Shown: positions 57,315 through 64,000 of the stretch, in pieces
Numbering within the stretch: position 1 is the first letter of the stretch
Layout of the letters: every line of letters starts with the position of its first letter
DNA from: a virus
Lineage: Duplodnaviria; Heunggongvirae; Uroviricota; Caudoviricetes
Virus record (IMG/VR): IMGVR_UViG_2923350032_000001
Span: 1 to 64,000 of that record
DNA: 64,000 nucleotides
Reading direction: 5' to 3' (one strand)
Translations under genes and position numbers: made by a program
Notes under the pieces: model-generated
Seen by the model: the letters and a program-made list of their open reading frames with translations, nothing else
Databases searched by the model: none
What the model was told of the DNA's origin: nothing

Positions 57315-57944
57315 ATGAACATACCACCCAGGGCGACTAGGACTGTTTTTTGTGTCGGTAGCGGACCGTCACTCACTCGTGAGGACTGTGCTGCTATAGA
57401 AAAAACTGGCTGTTCAATCATCGCGGTTAACAATTCCTGGCAGATGTTCGATGACATTTATGCCTTATACGCCGGTGATTTGTCATGGTGGAAGCAATAC
57501 GGATCCACCATACCGGGAGGGAGATTCCGCAAAGTGACAGCCAACCTGGCGGCGGCGAAATCATTTTCGTTGGAGTACAGGCGATATTGTGGACCGGCGG
57601 AAGGGGTAAATAGCGGCGCGCAGGCTATCAGTCTGGCTGCTGAATCAGGGGCTGAAGTAGTGGTATTAGTCGGCTATGACTGTTCTCTGCAAAACGGCCT
57701 TCATTGGCATGGCGCGCACCCTCAAGCACTACGGAATCCAACGCAGGTGTCTATTTCAAAATGGCAACAGCAGTTCCTGGATACCCGCAAAAAACACGCA
57801 GATTTACATATTTTGAATGCAAGTAGGAGCAGTGCAATTCAATGTTTCCCAAGAATAAATTTAGAGGCAGTGATCGCGTTATTATCGTCGGCAGTGGCCC
57901 AAGCGCCGCAAACTTTGTTGCGCCGCGCGGAGTGCCGATTATAG
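57315..57944 (+). CDS. DUF115/MptE-like protein, copy 1
   Basis: Motif VFCVGSGPSL...IIAVN; start at the internal Met by alignment with copy 2; C-terminal extent uncertain because it reads into copy 2. Confidence 0.4.
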   Translation: MNIPPRATRTVFCVGSGPSLTREDCAAIEKTGCSIIAVNNSWQMFDDIYALYAGDLSWWKQYGSTIPGGRFRKVTANLAAAKSFSLEYRRYCGPAEGVNSGAQAISLAAESGAEVVVLVGYDCSLQNGLHWHGAHPQALRNPTQVSISKWQQQFLDTRKKHADLHILNASRSSAIQCFPRINLEAVIALLSSAVAQAPQTLLRRAECRL

Positions 57945-58006
57945 CGGTAAATGGGGCCATCGACTGGCTTAACCGCGCTTCTTATTTTTTCACCCTTGAC
58001 GTATAG
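57842..58006 (+). pseudogene. DUF115/MptE-like protein, copy 2, N-terminal fragment interrupted by an IS91-family element
   Basis: 54 codons MFPKNKFRGSDRVIIVGSGPS...IIAVNGA; homologous C-terminal part resumes at about 59850-60156. Confidence 0.45.
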
Positions 58007-59850
58007 GAAATTGAAAAACCAGTCGATACCATTGTCCACGCCTTATGCCACGTGAGCCTTTCTGCTTTTCCCACCACTCCGGTGGTTTCCCTCTCTGTAT
58101 GGTCGATTTTTATACCGTAACAGGCTGTTTTTTATACTTTCACCGATTCCCGGGCACACTTAGCCTGTGTCAGGCCGGCATATACCTCAGTAGACTGATA
58201 TCCCGCGCGTTTTTCTTCAGCCCTGATACATTCAGCCCCGCAATGGCCCGGCGGTATACCATCCGGCAGCCACACAGCACGCATTCGAACGGGTCACGAC
58301 TCAGGAACTGTTTCACCATTTGTGCATAGCACACTTTCGCCACTGGTTCCGGTTTATCCATCCCCAGTGCACGGTACACCTGCGGCAGCTTCTCTCCACA
58401 CACACGGTTGGCAAGGAACCCGAAGTACCTCACCATCTTAAAAAACTTCTCCGGGATGTGCTGTTTCAGCCTCGCGACCAGCTCACGCTGTGTCAGCGTT
58501 TCCGTCGCCGTTTCTCCCGTTTTGTGGTCCAGGTAACGGAAGCTCAGGCTTGCCCCTCCGTTGTAATGAGCCAGTCGGGAAGCCGCTATTGGTGGCTTCT
58601 TCAGATAACGACCCAGGTAGCGTGCCGTATTCCGCCCTCCGGCTGTCTTCTTCGACATGTACACATGCCAGTATTTTCCGCCGGATTTCAGCACCAGGCT
58701 TCTCCACTGTGATTCCGTCGTGATATGTGACAACGACTCCGGCATTGCTATCCCCTCTGACCACGCTTTCAGAAGCAGCTGCCGCATATTCCACATCCAC
58801 CGTGAACGCATCGCGTCTTTCAGGAAGCTCAGCTTTTTCCACTGACCATGCTTATTCAGACCTCCACAGGTTACAGACACATGTACATGCGGATGCCAGT
58901 TGAGACGACGGCCATACGTGTGGATGGCGCAGAAGATACCGGGTTCCAGCCCCCGTTTTCGGGCGGCATACAGCAGATTCTCCACCGCCAGACGGCACAC
59001 GTCATTCAGCAGCCAGCGGTTGCTTTCGAACACCGGCCACAGCGTGTCCGGCAGGGTGAAGACCAGATGTACCCAGTCGCAGTCAGGAAGACGATTCAGC
59101 TGTGTTGCTGTCCACAGGTCTGTGGCCTTCTTTCCGCAGGACGGGCAGGCACGGCTGCCGCATGAGTTGGTCAGGTACTTTACGTGCTGACAGTCCGGGT
59201 TATCACACCCGAACTCTTTTACACCCAGTATCCGTGTGCCGCAGGCCAGCATTTTGGTGACGGCTTCAACCTCGATATCGCGCAGACCGCCCGCATCCAG
59301 GAAGGACGTCCAGCACTGGTTGGCTGTGAACAGACGTTTCAGAGGGCGGGGAGTAAAACCGGACAACATGAGGATGGATTAAACCCCGGTATCCTGTAGC
59401 AGGGTAAGGGCTGCTGTATCGCCACGGCGCTTCAGGATGGAGGTCGTCACCATCGCAGGTGGTGGGTCCATGGGTTTGAGCATTTTCATCCAGTCCCATT
59501 CTCGTTGTGAGAGCTTCTCAGCACCAACAGAGAGCAGAACTGTATCGATACTTTTGCGGGTCAACATAAGGGGATGAGTCCTTAATAAAACAGGTCCTCA
59601 GAGCATACATATTCTGCGGGGCGTGCGGCAACAACAGGACGAACCGGGGCGGTTTTCAATTTGCAGCCGCCAGGCTGCCGTGGTTCATCCATCCCCAGAC
59701 AATATGCGGCGCGTTGGTCGTGGCCGCCGTCGCCGTGGTGTTTGTTATTGCATGGCACTACCCGATGTTAAAGAACGTGAAGTCAGAGATGGCGTTCTGT
59801 GCTTCCGTCGTGTGGCTGAACGCGGCATGGAGCCAAAAAATACGAATTCT
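58007..59850 (-). mobile_element. IS91-family element (rolling-circle HUH transposase); ends approximate
   Basis: 399-aa transposase plus typical small upstream ORF, located between the two halves of the copy-2 gene. Confidence 0.5.
58170..59369 (-). CDS. IS91-family HUH transposase
   Basis: 399 aa; N-terminal Zn-binding Cys cluster; HUH motif (HPHVH). Confidence 0.8.
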   Translation of the reverse strand: MLSGFTPRPLKRLFTANQCWTSFLDAGGLRDIEVEAVTKMLACGTRILGVKEFGCDNPDCQHVKYLTNSCGSRACPSCGKKATDLWTATQLNRLPDCDWVHLVFTLPDTLWPVFESNRWLLNDVCRLAVENLLYAARKRGLEPGIFCAIHTYGRRLNWHPHVHVSVTCGGLNKHGQWKKLSFLKDAMRSRWMWNMRQLLLKAWSEGIAMPESLSHITTESQWRSLVLKSGGKYWHVYMSKKTAGGRNTARYLGRYLKKPPIAASRLAHYNGGASLSFRYLDHKTGETATETLTQRELVARLKQHIPEKFFKMVRYFGFLANRVCGEKLPQVYRALGMDKPEPVAKVCYAQMVKQFLSRDPFECVLCGCRMVYRRAIAGLNVSGLKKNARDISLLRYMPA

Positions 59851-60137
59851 CCCGAGTGGTGGGCGTGGCGCTGGTCCGCACATTTCGGCCTTTGCGAAGA
59901 TGAGAATGAAATTGCCAGCGGCAATAGTGCATATGGTGCTCTGAACCTGGCTTTCCATATCGGATTCAAACATGTAGCTCTGGTGGGCGTTGACGCTACG
60001 CAAGAACTACGCGTTCACTCCGGCGGCACGCCAAAAAATCTAAGTCACCTGCCTTTGTTATTCCAGTCTGCGCGTGAACAGATTGACGTTGTTTCATGCG
60101 GGAAAATGGGAGGTATTCCGCAGATGACTCTTAAAGA

Positions 60138-60830
60138 ATGGCTGAAAAATACATGATGGCACCCACAATTTATCACCGTATCGACGGTACCAAATACAGG
60201 AATGTCTGGGTTGTTGGTGATCTGCATGGTTGCTACACCAGACTGATGTCCGAACTCCATCGTGTGGATTTTGACCCGGCGCAGGATTTACTGATATCGG
60301 TCGGCGACCTTATCGATCGCGGTACTGAAAATGTCGAATGTCTGGAACTATTGCAGATGCCCTGGTTCAGGGCAGTGATGGGGAACCATGAGCGGCTGAT
60401 GATTGATGCGTTAAGTCCAGATGGCAACGTGAATAACTGGCTAATGAATGGCGGACAATGGTTCTTCATGCTGGACACTGATCAGGAAATATTAGCCTGG
60501 GCGCTGGTGGAGCTGGTAAAGCGTCTGCCCTATATCATTGAGTTGAACACCGGGCAAGAAACTATCGTTATAGCCCATGCCGACTATCCGGATAATGAAT
60601 ACCAATTCGGTAAGGAGGTACCGCTTTTCAACGTTGTCTGGGCGCGCGAGCGTATCAGTGATTCGATGGATGATATTGGTGGCGAAATTTCGGGCGCAGA
60701 TCGTTTTATCTTTGGTCACACTCCGGTGAAAAGCCCGAAGACATTCTGGAATCAGCAGTATATCGACACTGGTGCCGTATTTTGCGGAAACCTGACATTG
60801 ATGAAAGTGAAAGGTGATGGTGCAGCATGA
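60138..60830 (+). CDS. ppp: Ser/Thr protein phosphatase (lambda PPase-like)
   Basis: 230 aa with GDLHG, GDLIDRG, GNHE metallophosphatase motifs. Confidence 0.85.
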   Translation: MAEKYMMAPTIYHRIDGTKYRNVWVVGDLHGCYTRLMSELHRVDFDPAQDLLISVGDLIDRGTENVECLELLQMPWFRAVMGNHERLMIDALSPDGNVNNWLMNGGQWFFMLDTDQEILAWALVELVKRLPYIIELNTGQETIVIAHADYPDNEYQFGKEVPLFNVVWARERISDSMDDIGGEISGADRFIFGHTPVKSPKTFWNQQYIDTGAVFCGNLTLMKVKGDGAA

Positions 60831-61528
60831 AGATTGCTTTAGTTTTTCGCTCTGGTGGTGACTATAACGCTTCCGATGTGCAGTGGCTGGTTAATCAACT
60901 GCCAAAAGGCTATGAAATTATTTGCCTGACAGACCTGAAGCGTTTACATGTACCTGGCGTCAAAGTTGTCCCATTGATCAACCAGTGGCAAAAGTGCCGT
61001 GGCTGGTGGGCGAAAATCGAGTTGTTCCGACCGGATATAACCGATGATCTGTTCTATCTGGATTTGGACACGGTTATTGCCGGTGATATACGCCCAATCC
61101 TAGAGCATCCACCAACCAGCTTCACCATGCTTAGGGATTTTTACCATCCACAATATCGTGGCAGCGGTGCCCTGTGGATACCAAATAGTGTTAAAGCGCA
61201 TATCTGGAGTTCATTCTGGCAAGATCCGGAAGGTTGGATTTCTCGTTGTGTCACTACTGAGTGTTGGGGTGACCAGGGGTTCTTACGAAAGGTTATGGGC
61301 GATGATACACCAGCATTTCAGGATCTGTATCCAGGATGGTTTGTAAGTTACAAGGCCGATGTTGTGGAACCTGGTTCAAAATATGCGAGCGCGCGTTACT
61401 CCAGGGGGAATGGGGCATTACCAAAAGACTGCCGAATAATCTTTTTCCACGGCAAACCGCGACCTCGCGAAGTGTCAGAGGATTGGCTTCCCCTTATCAG
61501 CTCATTTTTTGAGCGAGAATCAGAATAA
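60827..61528 (+). CDS. Putative GT-A-type glycosyltransferase-like protein (DxD motif)
   Basis: 233 aa; YLDLDTV motif; coupled to ppp. Confidence 0.35.
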   Translation: MKIALVFRSGGDYNASDVQWLVNQLPKGYEIICLTDLKRLHVPGVKVVPLINQWQKCRGWWAKIELFRPDITDDLFYLDLDTVIAGDIRPILEHPPTSFTMLRDFYHPQYRGSGALWIPNSVKAHIWSSFWQDPEGWISRCVTTECWGDQGFLRKVMGDDTPAFQDLYPGWFVSYKADVVEPGSKYASARYSRGNGALPKDCRIIFFHGKPRPREVSEDWLPLISSFFERESE

Positions 61529-61529
61529 T

Positions 61530-61546
61530 ATTGCTCTAATAATTCC
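61530..61546 (+). promoter_or_regulatory. C1 operator
   Basis: ATTGCTCTAATAATTCC. Confidence 0.6.
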
Positions 61547-61578
61547 GTATTTTTAAAACGTGATGTACACTCATTACG

Positions 61579-61595
61579 TTTTTTATTAGAGCAAT
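61579..61595 (-). promoter_or_regulatory. C1 operator, inverted partner
   Basis: TTTTTTATTAGAGCAAT; 32 bp from the preceding operator. Confidence 0.55.
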
Positions 61596-61609
61596 CTACA
61601 AGGTGCACT

Positions 61610-61828
61610 ATGTGGCCATTCCGACGGAAATATCACTACTGGCTGATCGCCTTTGTTACGCCGACCGGCGGTATCAGGCATGTCATCACCAGGTATCGCA
61701 ACAAGAGACTCACCTTAGCCAGAATTTTACAGGCTGCCATAGGTGAGGGACTGGATACAAATTGCGTAGTCCTTCCTCCTTCATACTTAGGAAAAATGAC
61801 CGAAGCACAAGCTAATACGGAACTTTGA
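61610..61828 (+). CDS. Small hypothetical protein
   Basis: 72-aa ORF after the operator pair. Confidence 0.35.
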   Translation: MWPFRRKYHYWLIAFVTPTGGIRHVITRYRNKRLTLARILQAAIGEGLDTNCVVLPPSYLGKMTEAQANTEL

Positions 61829-61829
61829 A

Positions 61830-63092
61830 ATGAGCACTTCAACACAAAACCAATCAATCGAAAATGTATGTATCCCTGATGTCCTGAATGCCGGTATCCC
61901 GGCCATTATCCAGAACATCCGGGCCGCGCAACGCCGCGTTAGTTGTGATGACCTCACAGCACGTTTTTTTGATAATGCGGTTCAGTCAGCGGAGATGCTT
62001 CACGCACAGCTTATTGATGTTTATAACGCAGAAGCTGATAGCCATAACTCCCTGGTAGATGCAGCTGAAAATATGCAGTTGGATCTCGGTCTGAAGGGTA
62101 AAGAAATTGAAGAGCTTCAGCTGCAAATTGAACATTTGAAACGCCAGCAACAGGACGCGATCGACGATGCGACGCATGACGCCAACCAGCGTGCTGATAA
62201 TGCCGAACGTATAAGCATTGAGCTGGAAACAAAACTCAATGAAATGACCGCGATGGTTGAACTGCGGAACTCACAGATTTCAACGCTAAAATCTCAATAT
62301 AAAGAGATCATGAAACTTGATCCTTTTAACCTTGAGAAACGCTATAACAAAGCTAAAAGCGAGCGACAGGAACTGCGTAAGCAGGTCGCCGATCTTAACC
62401 AACAGCTCAAAAAAACTATTAAAGATGCAAGCGAAGCGCGCGTGGCATTTGCTAATAAAAAAGCAGAGGTTACCGCGCTGGTTAATGAGAATGCCAAATT
62501 TGCGACGCTCAAGAAGGAAATGTATGGCATTACTGAGCGCCGTTTCCCTGCAAGCAAACTTCATCCGACGTTAGGGCAAATATCCTTCTTCCCGCGCCTC
62601 CTGGCTTATGGGATCTCATCGCCTAAAGAGTTCAATAACGAGCGTCCTTATATCGTGTCTAAGCTGGACTTTGCTTATCAGTTCTGCTGCGACATGGGCT
62701 ATGCCATTGATATCCGAATCAACGAATGGTTGATGCCAAACTTCCAGCCGTTGGCAATTTTCCGCGAGTTCCAGCCGGAAGGTTGGGTAGAGTTCTTCCA
62801 TGAATTGATCTGTAAAGAGATGGAAAGCCGCCGCCCGGAACTGGTCCGTCGAGTTGAGTGGGCGCAAGAGGTTATGTTGGCAGATGCAGAGCTGCCGTTC
62901 GAACCGGAATTCATTGATGATCTGGCAACTAAAGGGCTGCATACCCTGTTTGATGTGGTTACCCGCCGTCATGAGCAGTTGGTTGTCGAATTGGGTTTAG
63001 AGGAAACTGCGGCAAGAAGACTTCTCGATGTTTGCTATGCACGTAGCGATGCATGGGAAAAAGAGAACGGCGGCACTATTTACGTTCGCTGA
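61830..63092 (+). CDS. Coiled-coil protein with conserved C-terminal domain
   Basis: 420-aa ORF. Confidence 0.4.
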   Translation: MSTSTQNQSIENVCIPDVLNAGIPAIIQNIRAAQRRVSCDDLTARFFDNAVQSAEMLHAQLIDVYNAEADSHNSLVDAAENMQLDLGLKGKEIEELQLQIEHLKRQQQDAIDDATHDANQRADNAERISIELETKLNEMTAMVELRNSQISTLKSQYKEIMKLDPFNLEKRYNKAKSERQELRKQVADLNQQLKKTIKDASEARVAFANKKAEVTALVNENAKFATLKKEMYGITERRFPASKLHPTLGQISFFPRLLAYGISSPKEFNNERPYIVSKLDFAYQFCCDMGYAIDIRINEWLMPNFQPLAIFREFQPEGWVEFFHELICKEMESRRPELVRRVEWAQEVMLADAELPFEPEFIDDLATKGLHTLFDVVTRRHEQLVVELGLEETAARRLLDVCYARSDAWEKENGGTIYVR

Positions 63093-63164
63093 TAGTTACA
63101 GTGTCACTTTTAATGCTGGTGGAGTGCGCCCACCAGCATTTTTTTCGTCCAATGAGGAGGGCAT

Positions 63165-63671
63165 TTGAGTATTTTCAATAAACACGCACACCAGGAACGT
63201 CCGTACATCGTCATAGTAGATATTGATGGAACGATATCAGAGGCAACGGAAGACAGGCTGCATTTACTTCCACCACCTGGCAAAGGTGCATTAACAGAGC
63301 ACTGGAACGAGTTTAACCTTGCCTGTGACACTGATGCTCCCATCACTCCAGTTATTGATATGGTGCGCCAGTTGTCCAGCATTTACACGCTCTGGTTTGT
63401 AACCGGGCGCTGTGAGATAGCCAGGGATAAAACACGAGCCTGGCTGCGGAAGTACGTAACAAATGGGGCTGAGCCTTTGCTATCTATGCGTCCTGCCACC
63501 GATGACAGAAATGACGGCCATGCAAAGATTGATCTCCTGAAGAAAATTGGTCTAAGTAAAATTGCGTTCGCGCTGGAAGATAAGATTGAAGTGGCGCGTG
63601 TTTTCAGGAGTCACGGCGTACTTACGTTAATGGTCAGGGAATATGAAAATGCGCTTCTTCATCAACAATAA
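63165..63671 (+). CDS. HAD-superfamily phosphatase-like protein
   Basis: 168 aa with N-terminal DIDGT motif. Confidence 0.5.
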   Translation: MSIFNKHAHQERPYIVIVDIDGTISEATEDRLHLLPPPGKGALTEHWNEFNLACDTDAPITPVIDMVRQLSSIYTLWFVTGRCEIARDKTRAWLRKYVTNGAEPLLSMRPATDDRNDGHAKIDLLKKIGLSKIAFALEDKIEVARVFRSHGVLTLMVREYENALLHQQ

Positions 63672-63687
63672 TTGCTCTAATAAATCT
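63671..63687 (+). promoter_or_regulatory. C1 operator
   Basis: ATTGCTCTAATAAATCT followed by TGATTTTTA, same extended motif as at 13667. Confidence 0.7.
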
Positions 63688-63769
63688 TGATTTTTAAAAC
63701 AGAGAAAGTGAAAATAAAAATATGCCGCAAGGGGCGCGGCATGTATCCAATCAATCACAGGAGCTGAAG

Positions 63770-63856
63770 ATATGAACACGGCATTCAAAATCATTATGAC
63801 CGCGATCTATTTCTGGCTGTTCTCTATCACTTTTGGCGGCATCGTCGCGCATGGGT
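63770..63856 (+). CDS. Small hydrophobic peptide
   Basis: 28 codons MNTAFKIIMTAIYFWLFSITFGGIVAHG, about 85 bp after a C1 operator. Confidence 0.3.
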
Positions 63857-64000
63857 AAGGGGAGTATATTAGCCATTTGGAACCCCACGAGCTCTTGCGG
63901 GTTTAATTAAGAACCCGCAAGAAAAACACGAATTGGGCTATATTTTTCCGCCTACGCCTTTAAACTTCTCAATAAACGAGACGATTTTCTGGAAAACTGC

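Noticed and set aside
63888-63920. Hairpin CTTGCGGGTT...AACCCGCAAG as a rho-independent terminator
   Set aside because: There is no T-run on the plus strand after the stem and only a short one on the minus strand; strand and function are ambiguous.

Overview
This window is a segment of a bacteriophage P1-family phage-plasmid, identified by reading the sequence and ORF translations against remembered P1 proteins; no database search was run. Recognisable P1 backbone: phd-doc addiction module, pdcA/pdcB, lpa, pacA with the GATC-hexamer pac site, pacB, c1 repressor and coi, loxP and cre, cra, ref, an immI-like icd-ant module, kilA-repL lytic replicon, a virion structural block, parS-parB-parA, the repA plasmid replicon with incA and incC iterons and oriR, uhr-hrdC-dmt, ppp, and about 14 copies of the 17-bp C1 operator (ATTGCTCTAATAAATTT-like). 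Accessory or mobile content on this backbone: a type IC hsdR-M-S restriction system with a fragmented hsdR, a cargo-less Tn21-family tnpA/tnpR remnant inserted in the 3' end of ref, one truncated and one complete IS26, IS186, an IS200/IS605-type tnpB-only element, an IS91-family element splitting a duplicated gene, a hok/mok/sok type I toxin locus, a second icd-ant module between pacB and c1, and three low-GC islands with orphan genes. The most striking observation is a 341-codon LAGLIDADG-type intein sitting exactly in the catalytic Pro-Cys motif of the C5-methyltransferase domain of the bifunctional Dmt methylase. No CRISPR array, rRNA, convincing tRNA or antibiotic-resistance gene was found. 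All coordinates for IS ends, small RNAs and terminators are approximate.
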